Virus record (IMG/VR): IMGVR_UViG_3300027901_000001
Direction: 5' to 3' (one strand)
DNA length: 64,000 nt
From: a virus
Shown: one piece after another, positions 19,326 to 28,115 of the stretch
Layout of the letters: each line of letters starts with the position of its first letter
Position numbering within the stretch: position 1 is the first letter of the stretch
Position numbers and translations under genes: made by a program
The notes under the pieces: model-generated
Databases searched by the model: none
Told to the model about the DNA's origin: nothing
Seen by the model: the letters and a program-made list of their open reading frames with translations, nothing else

Positions 19326-20293
19326 CAGCCGCCCTCCTCCAGAATACGGTCGATGGTCTGCTCCCCAAAAATGGGCTTCATTGTCCCCCGATCAAAAACC
19401 ACCAGGTTCACGGCCAGAAGCCGCTCAACTGACCGCAACAGCTCATTGCGGAAGTTCACCTGGTGCTCCTTCTTGCTACTGCCGACGGTACCGCCGTACA
19501 CCGCCAAAAAAGTAGTAGCAACCAGGTCCAGCAAGACCCCTTTGCCGACATCTTCAACCTCGACCATCTCATTGGCCCGGTCAATGGCTTCCTCGACGTT
19601 TTTACGCTGAGGACCGTCCATGTAAATCGTCCAGCGCGTCCGGAACTCCTCCTCATCTTCCTCGCTCAACGGACTAACGCCCGTACCCTCCTGCCCGGAT
19701 TCCCCCGTGTCGGGCTGAGGCAGTGGCAACGATGCCCCATCGTCCAGAGAATCCTCCGCCATAGCAGCCTCTGTGGTTTTCTGAGGCTTCAATTTTTTTG
19801 CCTCGCTCCGTATCGATCGGCGGCTTTTGTTGGCAGCTTCAAGCGCCATCTTGCACGCTTCACCCAGTTGCTTGACTCCCAACGTTTTTGCCTTCTCAAC
19901 CCACACATCGACGTTATTGCTATCCACAACGCCCACCAAAATGGCCGCCTTGTTCCACCCCACTTCCCTTACCTTCTCAAACACATCCGGGTCCTTGAGT
20001 TCTCCCGCAAACCACCACCAGATGGACATCAAGTACTTGGCCTTGCGAAACGCGAAATTCACCTCGTGCTCCACATAGTCGCAGAAATTCTGGTACGGCT
20101 CGCCGTCCGGACCATTCCACTGGCGATAGAGTTGCTCCTCGTTCACCCGATAGAGCAGCCTCCCTAACTCGAAATACCCCTCCGTCATTTCATCGCGCAG
20201 CCGGAGCACGCGCACCCGGATCTTTTCCGATTCCGCGTGCTTGGAAGGAGTCATCGAGCGAGCCCCCTTCACCACCATCGCTGTCTCTGTCAT
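19325..20293 (-). CDS. Hypothetical DNA-binding protein (DUF3102-like N-terminus)
   Basis: 'YFELGRLLYRV..EQLY......Y.NF.DYVEHE.NF..RKAKYLM' pattern common in phage proteins. Confidence 0.6.
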   Translation of the reverse strand: MTETAMVVKGARSMTPSKHAESEKIRVRVLRLRDEMTEGYFELGRLLYRVNEEQLYRQWNGPDGEPYQNFCDYVEHEVNFAFRKAKYLMSIWWWFAGELKDPDVFEKVREVGWNKAAILVGVVDSNNVDVWVEKAKTLGVKQLGEACKMALEAANKSRRSIRSEAKKLKPQKTTEAAMAEDSLDDGASLPLPQPDTGESGQEGTGVSPLSEEDEEEFRTRWTIYMDGPQRKNVEEAIDRANEMVEVEDVGKGVLLDLVATTFLAVYGGTVGSSKKEHQVNFRNELLRSVERLLAVNLVVFDRGTMKPIFGEQTIDRILEEGG

Positions 20294-20859
20294 TCCGAAA
20301 CCTCCTTCTCCCGTGCGGCCACCATGTCGAACATATACCTTGCAACAATTGTGGCATCGACTTCCAGATCGTTATCCACCGAAACCCCCAATCCCGTCTC
20401 TACCACGTCCCTCAGCTCCTCCCGGTTGACACGCCCTCCACGATCCATCACGTGCCTCCTGGCAACCCTGGGCGCAACCACCTCCGTCAGCATCCTATTT
20501 TTAGACCAGAGGTAGGCTTTTATCACCCCACAGACCTCTCCAAGCTGGTGCACCTGCCACTTCGCATCGTGCGCGTATCCCTTAATGCCGACATGCCGAA
20601 TTTTGAACAATTCCACCGTTTTGAGAACCTCCTTGGCAATCTCGACCATCGCACCGATAGATTCCAGCGGCGAAACAGCAGGTTCGTTCTTGTTACTCCG
20701 GGAAAACTTCTCCCTGACCGTAATGCAACGCTGATGATGACCGTGGGCCGTATAAATGGAGAGCGCCGCGCCCTCAAGTGATAGGGCGACCCCCATTACT
20801 GGCCCAGAGCATCGCCACCTCGACGCAATTGCACTCCCCGTACGGGCTTTTTCCTCCAT
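20290..20859 (-). CDS. RuvC-like Holliday junction resolvase homologue, catalytic residues degenerate
   Basis: Segments 'MGVALSLEG', 'VGIKGYAH', 'LGEVCGVIK', 'VVAPRVARR' and 'DNDLEVDA' align with the RuvC layout, but the first Asp and the Glu are replaced. Confidence 0.6.
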   Translation of the reverse strand: MEEKARTGSAIASRWRCSGPVMGVALSLEGAALSIYTAHGHHQRCITVREKFSRSNKNEPAVSPLESIGAMVEIAKEVLKTVELFKIRHVGIKGYAHDAKWQVHQLGEVCGVIKAYLWSKNRMLTEVVAPRVARRHVMDRGGRVNREELRDVVETGLGVSVDNDLEVDATIVARYMFDMVAAREKEVSE

Positions 20860-21688
20860 ACGGACAATCCGGGATCGGCTTGGTTTTATCCGCGAGCGCT
20901 TCTCTGAGACCACGAAATTTCTCCTTCTCCTTGTGCATCAATTTTGGGTCGAAACTGACCTTATGCTCCACCACTCCTTCCTCCAGGGTCTTGGCCCCAG
21001 GGTTCACATACAACAACCGCCCGCGCCGACATTTACTCGGCCCCATGTACCACTGAAGCTGGGTGACATCGGCTGGCCACGGTGCCGTCCGCACCCGATC
21101 CAGGTTACCAGTCGTCTTTATATCGAGAAACTCGGGGTAGTACGCCGGGAGCTTCAGCAGACCGTCCGTACGGCCCCGAACCTTTAGATGAGGGTCGTGC
21201 ACCCAGGGCTCCACGTAATGAAACGGCTCCATCGGATGGTTCTTGAACTCGCACTGCGAGCACTCGTCCGGCATCTTCACAGAGGTCTGCGGCGTCACCC
21301 AGGTCGCCCGGTCCGCTATCCAGAAAGGCGGCTCCGTTTCAAAATCCGTCCCGTGCACGTGCCCGCACGCGGGGCACCGCCAGCCGCCCAGAAGCCAGCC
21401 CAGCGGCCCCAGCCACAGCTCCTGGATAACCGCGTGCATGGCCGTCCCCTTGTCCATACGCCAACGACCCAGGGCGTCTACCTCATCCACCATCGGCACC
21501 CTGAGCCGGTTAACCATCACCATTGCGCGGGGACACAAGACGGGAGCTTTACTTATGCTGAACCAGGTGTCCGGCCCCGGTGGGGGCACCTCCCGGCTGC
21601 TGTACAGGTTCTCCAACAAGAGCGGCAGCAGAAACTCGCTGTCCTGCCGCTGCGCCCTCACGTCATCGAGTACATCTGCAATACCCAT
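20774..21688 (-). CDS. Cas4-like PD-(D/E)xK exonuclease with Zn-ribbon insertion
   Basis: 'LCPR', 'GTAMHAVIQ', 'GRTDG', 'DIKT', 'QLQWYM' and a C-terminal Cys cluster. Confidence 0.8.
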   Translation of the reverse strand: MGIADVLDDVRAQRQDSEFLLPLLLENLYSSREVPPPGPDTWFSISKAPVLCPRAMVMVNRLRVPMVDEVDALGRWRMDKGTAMHAVIQELWLGPLGWLLGGWRCPACGHVHGTDFETEPPFWIADRATWVTPQTSVKMPDECSQCEFKNHPMEPFHYVEPWVHDPHLKVRGRTDGLLKLPAYYPEFLDIKTTGNLDRVRTAPWPADVTQLQWYMGPSKCRRGRLLYVNPGAKTLEEGVVEHKVSFDPKLMHKEKEKFRGLREALADKTKPIPDCPYGGKSPYGECNCVEVAMLWASNGGRPIT

Positions 21689-22062
21689 CAGTCCGCCTTC
21701 CTCTTCTTAAGCAGTCCGAGCCGCTCCATCACCTTCCGGGTGTGGTTGTCCTTCTTCTCAGCATACTGCTCGGCCAGAATTCTGGCACTCGTCAGCCACA
21801 GCGCCGTCGTATGCAGAGCCATCAAGAGTTTGTCCGACTTGTCAGCGTCCGCCTTCAACGCCTCTTTCATAGCCCACTCCTGGAGGGCCGCCAGGGGCCT
21901 GCCAACGCCGTGCCCTTTCATCTCGTCCAGCTCACTCACGATAATTTTCGACACGCGCTCCCAGGGCTCACCCACAAGCTCATAAGCATTCCAATCCGGC
22001 TGCTTTCCTTTGGAAATCTTCTGCACAACCTTCTGGAGGCTATCCGATACAACGGCGCTCAC
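21688..22062 (-). CDS. Hypothetical protein
   Basis: GTG start overlapping the upstream stop (GTGA). Confidence 0.55.
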   Translation of the reverse strand: MSAVVSDSLQKVVQKISKGKQPDWNAYELVGEPWERVSKIIVSELDEMKGHGVGRPLAALQEWAMKEALKADADKSDKLLMALHTTALWLTSARILAEQYAEKKDNHTRKVMERLGLLKKRKAD

Positions 22063-22502
22063 AAATCCAGCCCCTTCTCCCCAAGGGCCTCCAGCATCGC
22101 CTGGAAGGTCATCAACGGCACCGCAATCCAATCTGTGCTAGCCGGTTCTTCACCACGATGCCGGGCTACCCCGCCTACTATGTGCTCATCAAACTGGACA
22201 GCGAGCGCCGGGTGCCTCCCGGAGGCCAGCGCCTCATTGGTAATCTTTGTCAGGTGCGAAACCTCCAGACGCAAGCTCAATTTCCCCGTCCGTTTGCACT
22301 CGACCAGCAGCGGGAACCCTTCATGCTCGCGTTTCACATCGCCCTTGAGCGAACCAAACGCGCCGGACCCCGGCTGCCGTCGGCCGCCCAGGGCCTTGGC
22401 AACCTTTTTCTCCTGCTTCCGGGGCCGCCGGTGATAGGACTCGCGCCGCTTCTGCTCCCCCTCATCTTGAAGAAGAGGGGGAACCTTTCCCTTCGAGATC
22501 AT
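22059..22502 (-). CDS. Hjc-type (PD-(D/E)xK) Holliday junction resolvase
   Basis: 'QEKKVAKALGGRRQPGSGA...KGDV...LVECK'. Confidence 0.75.
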   Translation of the reverse strand: MISKGKVPPLLQDEGEQKRRESYHRRPRKQEKKVAKALGGRRQPGSGAFGSLKGDVKREHEGFPLLVECKRTGKLSLRLEVSHLTKITNEALASGRHPALAVQFDEHIVGGVARHRGEEPASTDWIAVPLMTFQAMLEALGEKGLDL

Positions 22503-23770
22503 CGCTCCCCCTCCAGAAGTTCTCTGAGCAGCTCCTTTTTCACGGCATCGAAAAAAGCCGGGTCGTCCTTCAAGTCAATCTTGAGAGCTTTTTGAGTAGT
22601 GTATTCCCGATCCAGTAAGTAGTACCTCTTCACTTTCTTATTCTGCCGGACCAACGGAGAGTGCATAAGGCGCTTGAAAACGTCATCTTCTTCAATCACA
22701 CGCCCCATATCCTTGGCCCGCATCGACTGGGTATAGAACCCGTTGACCTTCTTCGTGCCAGCGGTCTTGTTCTTGGTCACCTCGAAGTAAAAGGTCTCCT
22801 CAACCGGAACCCGATCAATCTCTTTCTTGTCCGTACTGCCATACACGTCCTCGACATATTTCACTGCGCCATCAGCGAATTTAATTTCGGCACAGACCGC
22901 GAATTCCTGACCCTTACCACCGGGCTTCACGGTGGGATCACGAAATCTGGTACCGATCTTCTCGCGCATCTGGTTAACCCAAATCTGCGTAATGGCCCGC
23001 TTCTCCCGCGCCACCATCGATGAGCCGGACACGAGCTTGCGCACAGCTTTGTTCATCAACCGCGCATGGAGACCTTGCTGCCATTCCGTTGTCGATTCCA
23101 CCAGCTCCGCCGTCGGCACAAGCTGAGCTATCGAATCCAGAGCCAGGAAATCGGCCTCGACGGTACACACCACAGCGTGCATGAGATCGATGCCTTCTTC
23201 CGCCGACTCCGGCCGGATGTAGAGCACACGCCGGGTATCCAGCCCGAGCTTGGCAGCGTACTTTTTATCGAATGTCCCCTCTGGATCGATCCAGACACAC
23301 ACCAACTCCTCATAGCTGTTTTTCTCCAGCTTCTTGCGCCATTTGGCCACGCGCTCCTTGTAACTTTTCTCCTTCTCGTCCTTCTCCTTTTGCGGTTCAT
23401 CGGGTTTGTAAAGCCCATCCGCGAAGCAAGTACACTCCCCTTTGGCGCTCCACCTGGCCTCCGGATCCTCTGCCAAATCCTCCTTACTGGGAGGTACCGC
23501 CTCGACATTCTGAGCTAGCCGGTAACAGTTGCGACAGTGATCCTGTGCGATGGCGAGCGCTCGGATGGTGGTGGTGGTCTTACCGCCAGACTTCGCGCCG
23601 TACACCGAATGCGCCCAACCTACACGCCAGCCGCCACCAAGAGCACGGTCGAGCGCAAACGATCCAGATGGCAACCGCCGGTCATCGGAAGGCGTTGTAT
23701 CGGCCCGGCCCACAACTCCGCCGTACTTCTTCTTCGCGTTCTTGGCGAAGATTACGAGCTTCCCCGGCAC
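22499..23770 (-). CDS. recA: RecA/UvsX-like recombinase
   Basis: 'LPSGSFALDRALGGG', Walker A 'GAKSGGKTT', 'LDSIAQL', 'ARLMNKAVRKL', 'IWVNQMREKIG' and 'PGGKGQEF'. Confidence 0.92.
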   Translation of the reverse strand: MPGKLVIFAKNAKKKYGGVVGRADTTPSDDRRLPSGSFALDRALGGGWRVGWAHSVYGAKSGGKTTTTIRALAIAQDHCRNCYRLAQNVEAVPPSKEDLAEDPEARWSAKGECTCFADGLYKPDEPQKEKDEKEKSYKERVAKWRKKLEKNSYEELVCVWIDPEGTFDKKYAAKLGLDTRRVLYIRPESAEEGIDLMHAVVCTVEADFLALDSIAQLVPTAELVESTTEWQQGLHARLMNKAVRKLVSGSSMVAREKRAITQIWVNQMREKIGTRFRDPTVKPGGKGQEFAVCAEIKFADGAVKYVEDVYGSTDKKEIDRVPVEETFYFEVTKNKTAGTKKVNGFYTQSMRAKDMGRVIEEDDVFKRLMHSPLVRQNKKVKRYYLLDREYTTQKALKIDLKDDPAFFDAVKKELLRELLEGER

Positions 23771-23785
23771 CTGGACTCTCCCTGG

Positions 23786-24121
23786 CTAGATAGGCCCCGT
23801 CTTTCCTTTGTGTCCCCGTGCTTCCGCAACCTCTTTCCGAACGCGGTCCTCGCAGAATTGGGCAGCCCATTTATCAGCCTTGGCTATATCCGACAGGTAG
23901 CAGGGCACTTCCACACTCACGTCAATCCTGGCCGACTCGTAGTTCCCCTGGTTCAGTGTGAGGCCGTATCCCCGTCGCACAACAGCGGGCGTGGTCTCGA
24001 ACTTCTTGACCTCGACCACTTCATCTTCTGCCGTGATACAGGTCTCGGTACCGTCACCGTGGACAAATCGGTTGTCCACTCTGACAATCACCAGTCGCTC
24101 CTGCTCTTTCGCCTTCGCCAT
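23786..24121 (-). CDS. Hypothetical protein
   Basis: Start MAKAKE (TAATG overlap); 'GLTLNQGNYESARIDV' motif seen in phage replication modules. Confidence 0.6.
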   Translation of the reverse strand: MAKAKEQERLVIVRVDNRFVHGDGTETCITAEDEVVEVKKFETTPAVVRRGYGLTLNQGNYESARIDVSVEVPCYLSDIAKADKWAAQFCEDRVRKEVAEARGHKGKTGPI

Positions 24122-24660
24122 TATGATGCCTTCTCCTTCACTACCGTCGCCTTCAACGCCGGTTTGAGTTTTTTCCTTTGATAGTTCACGGGCACACCAA
24201 GCTCGCGCCACCTCCTCTTGATCTCGTGATACATCGCCTCATCCACAGGAAACAGGCGGCGCTTTTCACCGATCACGTCCTTCACCACCTGCATCATCTC
24301 GATGGTGTAGTACCGGAAACCTCTCCTATCCCGGTACGGCGTAATCGGCAGGAGCTTAGGCTTCGTCTTCTCCCAGTGGTTGATAGACTGCACACTACGA
24401 CCCAGAAACAAGGCAAAGAAACCAACGGATAGAAGCTGAATCTTCCCTCCCTGAACATCGAATTCCCGAGGAACCTGATACCGAGGCACCCTTGCCGGAA
24501 CCTCCTTCTCGCTCCGCTTCCTGTCCCGGTAATTCTGGGAAGCCTTCAACACACGCTCCCGATATTCTGGATCTGTGTGATACCGCTTCTTCCTTTTCCT
24601 GTTTATTTTGCGCTTGTTCTTCTCGTAATAGTCCTCGAAGTAACCGGGTGGGTTCGCCAT
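24121..24660 (-). CDS. MerR-like HTH DNA-binding protein
   Basis: 'SVGFFALFLGRSVQSINHWEK...LP..PYRD.RGFRYYT'. Confidence 0.55.
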   Translation of the reverse strand: MANPPGYFEDYYEKNKRKINRKRKKRYHTDPEYRERVLKASQNYRDRKRSEKEVPARVPRYQVPREFDVQGGKIQLLSVGFFALFLGRSVQSINHWEKTKPKLLPITPYRDRRGFRYYTIEMMQVVKDVIGEKRRLFPVDEAMYHEIKRRWRELGVPVNYQRKKLKPALKATVVKEKAS

Positions 24661-24685
24661 CCAGTGAAGCCTCCTTTTTCAAGAT

Positions 24686-24713
24686 ATCTTAGCGTATGGG
24701 ATGCGACTGTCAA
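24686..24713 (-). promoter_or_regulatory. Sigma70-like promoter
   Basis: TTGACA-N16-TAAGAT, intergenic. Confidence 0.55.
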
Positions 24714-26539
24714 GATATCGCACCGCCAACCTTGGCCTTCACCGAACGATAGAATTCCATCCGGCTTTTTCGACGCTTCTGGGCCAACAAGATATTTCTG
24801 TCCACGATGTCAAAAACCATTGTCCTGGGCTTAGCCTTGCACTCCCCGGCACGCCACGAGCAATAGTGCTCGCACATCTCCGGCGTCGATTCTCCGCCTT
24901 CGGACACCGGTACGCAGAACCGACGCACACGGCCAAAAGCCTGCTCCGCGTCGCTAACCGGCGAGGCAAATCCCAGGGTATCTACCGCTGGCTGGTCGAT
25001 GCCCTCGCCGCACATTTGGTAGGTAACCCACATGACCCTGGCGCGTTCGGCCTCGTACAGCTCTGCCTCAGTCACCGGCCGCTTCTTCTCGACCTTTTTC
25101 TGGGCGATCCCGAACTCCTTGGCGATTTTGAACAAGAGAGAATCCGCCGCCAGCACAATCTTTTCCCTCTTCTCTCCCCACTGCTCCGGGTTTATGCCGT
25201 TAGGCGGCTCTGGATTCCACTCGTACAGGCCGTCCAGATCAAGCCACCGGTCTTTTTCCAGCAAGATGTGTCTGCGACCGTTCTCATCCTTCTCACCCCT
25301 CAAAGCCCGGCGACGCTTGAAGCTCTCGAAAATGGTCTTAATGGCGCGCTCACGGCCTTCGTCATCCATCGTCCAATAGCCCTTCATCAGACGCGGGGGC
25401 TGCTCACCGGTAAACCACTCACCGACGTAGAAGCCCGTGGTAACATCCTTCAGGTCCTCCCCCTCGCAGGCTTCCCGCAACATCTGGTCCAGTTCCCGAA
25501 GATGCTCCAGACGCTCGGACAATACCATCAGCTTCCTCTGATGAGGTGATCTCAGGGCCTTCACAATCTCGGAGATGATCACCCTGTTGCGCCAGGTCAG
25601 CCTGGTCAGGATGTTGATGACAATCGGGATGGCGGCATTCTTCTCCCGCATGATGCCCGGCCCTCTGGACCTGCTCTCAACCATCCGCACGTTCGGAATC
25701 GGCATTTTAGTCTCGGCGGAATACCGGATCTGGCCAATGTGCCACCAGAACACATCATCCGCGCCATCGTTACGCCGGGGCGTCGCCGACAGCCCGAGCC
25801 GGAACTGGGACCCGAACATCTTTGGAATCGGAGACCAGGTAGGCGCGCCGATTCGGTGCACCTCATCGACCACCAGGATGCCGGGCCAATTGTAGAACTC
25901 CTGCGGATACCGGCGCTTGCCATTCTGCCCCTCCAGGGCAAGCGACTGGGCCATCGCTACCACAATATCCCGGTCCTCGAACTGGCACTTGCTCTCCTGG
26001 ACAATGCCTACCCGCGCCCCCGGCAGAAACTTCTCGACGCGCTGCTGCCACTGCACCATCAGACGCTCTTTGTGGACAATCACCACTGCCGTCATCCCGA
26101 GCCGGTGAACGATCGACAACGCCGTGTTGGTCTTCCCGAAGCCGGGATCGGCCCGGACAATCGCCCCCAGGTGCTTCCCGACGGTCATCGGGTTTACCGC
26201 CTGGACGCCCTCAAACCAATCCAGAACGGCCTCGACAACGCGGCCCTGCTCCGCGTACACCCCCTCATGGAGAATCCGGCTTTCGTACTCCACAAAGTCC
26301 CCGCAGGCCATGTCCCACACGATGTCGTGCTCCTGCTGGGCCGTGGCGAAGAAGTAGTCCCTCGGAATGCCGAACTCGGTGGGGGTCTCCGACCAGCACT
26401 CGATGGGCGTCGGCGGCGTATCATCGAAAGCCAGCGACTTGCGCGGCACGATACGGAGCGCCTTCTTGAAGTAGGCAACACCCTCTGCTCCCAGGTCGGT
26501 CTTCGGGAGCCACGCCATTCCTGCGATCCGTACTTTCAT
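24710..26539 (-). CDS. SF2 helicase (UvsW/XPB-like)
   Basis: 'ADPGFGKT', 'DEVH', 'GLSATP', 'GEGID' and 'QAFGRVRR'. Confidence 0.88.
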   Translation of the reverse strand: MKVRIAGMAWLPKTDLGAEGVAYFKKALRIVPRKSLAFDDTPPTPIECWSETPTEFGIPRDYFFATAQQEHDIVWDMACGDFVEYESRILHEGVYAEQGRVVEAVLDWFEGVQAVNPMTVGKHLGAIVRADPGFGKTNTALSIVHRLGMTAVVIVHKERLMVQWQQRVEKFLPGARVGIVQESKCQFEDRDIVVAMAQSLALEGQNGKRRYPQEFYNWPGILVVDEVHRIGAPTWSPIPKMFGSQFRLGLSATPRRNDGADDVFWWHIGQIRYSAETKMPIPNVRMVESRSRGPGIMREKNAAIPIVINILTRLTWRNRVIISEIVKALRSPHQRKLMVLSERLEHLRELDQMLREACEGEDLKDVTTGFYVGEWFTGEQPPRLMKGYWTMDDEGRERAIKTIFESFKRRRALRGEKDENGRRHILLEKDRWLDLDGLYEWNPEPPNGINPEQWGEKREKIVLAADSLLFKIAKEFGIAQKKVEKKRPVTEAELYEAERARVMWVTYQMCGEGIDQPAVDTLGFASPVSDAEQAFGRVRRFCVPVSEGGESTPEMCEHYCSWRAGECKAKPRTMVFDIVDRNILLAQKRRKSRMEFYRSVKAKVGGAIS

Positions 26540-26554
26540 GTTTCACGTGAAACA
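26539..26554. promoter_or_regulatory. parS: parS centromere site (perfect consensus)
   Basis: TGTTTCACGTGAAACA, a perfect 16-bp palindrome abutting the SF2 helicase start codon. Confidence 0.85.
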
Positions 26555-26618
26555 CCCCCCGCCACCGAGCAGGCGCTGGGGGGGGAAACGCCTATGGGCT
26601 CAGGTGACGGGGAGCGAA

Positions 26619-27191
26619 TCATTTTAACCGCGTCTCTTCCGCCAACAAGTTCGTTGCGTCCAGAAAAGCCGCATACTTTCCCAGCCCCTCCAGCGTTGAC
26701 GGCATCATAGATATTGTCGTTACACGGGCTTTTTCAGCGGGAACAATGAACCGTGCCAGGAGCCTGTCGTCCTCGATGCACAGAAGGTCCAGAAAATCGC
26801 AGTCCTCGCACCTTTTGATGCTCCCGAACTGATACCACCCGGTGCTGTTCAGCGTAGAGGTCTTAACGTCGACACGGCTTCCATTCACGAGAAGATCGAA
26901 AGGAGACTTTGTGGTCTGGCGCTCGACCTCAAAACCCATCTCAGCAAAAAAATCCGCCTCACGATCTTCCCATTTAATACCCCGATGCGTCTCTGACTCT
27001 TTCACACCAACCCCGATTCGAGATGCCCAAAACCGAAAACCACCGTGACGAGAAAGGGCACATGCCAGATCGTTGCCCCCGCGCTCCCTTAGCTCACTCG
27101 CTGAAGGCATCCTCCCAAACTCAGCCACGTGTAACGCGAGCTGCTGTCGTATCTCCGCTTCAGACCACTGCTTACCGTGAGACCATCCCAT
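26619..27191 (-). CDS. Free-standing endonuclease (N-terminal DNA-binding repeat plus PD-(D/E)xK domain)
   Basis: 'PFDLLVNGSRVDVKTS'; more AT-rich than the flanking genes. Confidence 0.55.
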   Translation of the reverse strand: MGWSHGKQWSEAEIRQQLALHVAEFGRMPSASELRERGGNDLACALSRHGGFRFWASRIGVGVKESETHRGIKWEDREADFFAEMGFEVERQTTKSPFDLLVNGSRVDVKTSTLNSTGWYQFGSIKRCEDCDFLDLLCIEDDRLLARFIVPAEKARVTTISMMPSTLEGLGKYAAFLDATNLLAEETRLK

Positions 27192-27228
27192 AACCAGAGA
27201 TGGTAACACGACGTTTTATAGAAAACTA

Positions 27229-28017
27229 CTAATACGGGATGTCATCGTCAAGGCCCGCATTGTCTTCGGGCTCATCGGGCGGCCCGTCCTCACCGGCTGC
27301 GGTCGCGCCGCCGCCCTTGGAAAACATCTCCTTTAGCTTCTCGATGGGAAGCGGATTGATGACCTCGCTGAAATCGAACGGTTCCCAGGGATTGCGCTCC
27401 CAGAGCTTCTCCGTGGTAGTCCGCTTGTCCTTCTCCACGTTCTCGTTGAGCCGCTTGGCGTAGGCATTAAGCTGGTCCATCGCATACGTCTTAATATCGC
27501 CTGGCTCGATCACCTCCACCAGCTCAAACTCGCTGCCGCAGCTTTCGGTCTTCTCGCCCGGCCGTTCAACATCGTAAACGTAGCCGCGCAATCGACCCTG
27601 CTTCTCGCACATCTTCCGGACCTTCTTGAGCACGCCGGGCTTCTTGTCGCCGCCCAACTTCGGCGCGAAAATCTCCCGCTGAAAGTTGACCTCCACCTTG
27701 GTTTTCTTGGTGAACCAGGCCGTCATATTGATAACGGTCAACAGCCCCGCGAAGTAGGGATAACGGTCGTCCCACGCATCACAAATCGGACACTCCGGCC
27801 CGAGCTTGTTGCGCGTAACGCACGGCTCCCAGTTACGCCACTTCCGGTTCCCCCACTTGTAGTTGTGTTCCCACAGAGTGGTTGGATCGTCTTCCAGGAA
27901 CAACAACCGGTTTGTCTGCGTAGGCGGTATCCACACACGCCGTTGCCCCCGGTCACCATTACCTACATTGTCCCATGCTGAGTCGAGACTACCCCAGCCA
28001 GACCCCATCCAGCTCAT
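27229..28017 (-). CDS. Single-stranded DNA-binding protein (gp32-like)
   Basis: 'EH...C......CPIC' Zn motif, acidic tail ending DDDIPY, next to primase. Confidence 0.75.
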   Translation of the reverse strand: MSWMGSGWGSLDSAWDNVGNGDRGQRRVWIPPTQTNRLLFLEDDPTTLWEHNYKWGNRKWRNWEPCVTRNKLGPECPICDAWDDRYPYFAGLLTVINMTAWFTKKTKVEVNFQREIFAPKLGGDKKPGVLKKVRKMCEKQGRLRGYVYDVERPGEKTESCGSEFELVEVIEPGDIKTYAMDQLNAYAKRLNENVEKDKRTTTEKLWERNPWEPFDFSEVINPLPIEKLKEMFSKGGGATAAGEDGPPDEPEDNAGLDDDIPY

Positions 28018-28087
28018 ATTGTTCCTCCTTGTACGTGTTCAACCAGAACAGCTTTGCAACGTTTGCAATCTGCAAACAGAATAACGA

Positions 28088-28115
28088 TTATTATAGCATA
28101 TAAGCCCTTTGTCAA
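28088..28115 (-). promoter_or_regulatory. Sigma70-like promoter upstream of SSB
   Basis: TTGACA plus an extended -10 TGCTATAAT. Confidence 0.6.

Noticed and set aside
24710-26539. Intein in the SF2 helicase (or in terminase/DnaB)
   Set aside because: The helicase insertion lacks the Cys/Ser start, His-Asn end and LAGLIDADG motifs; the other proteins are of ordinary length
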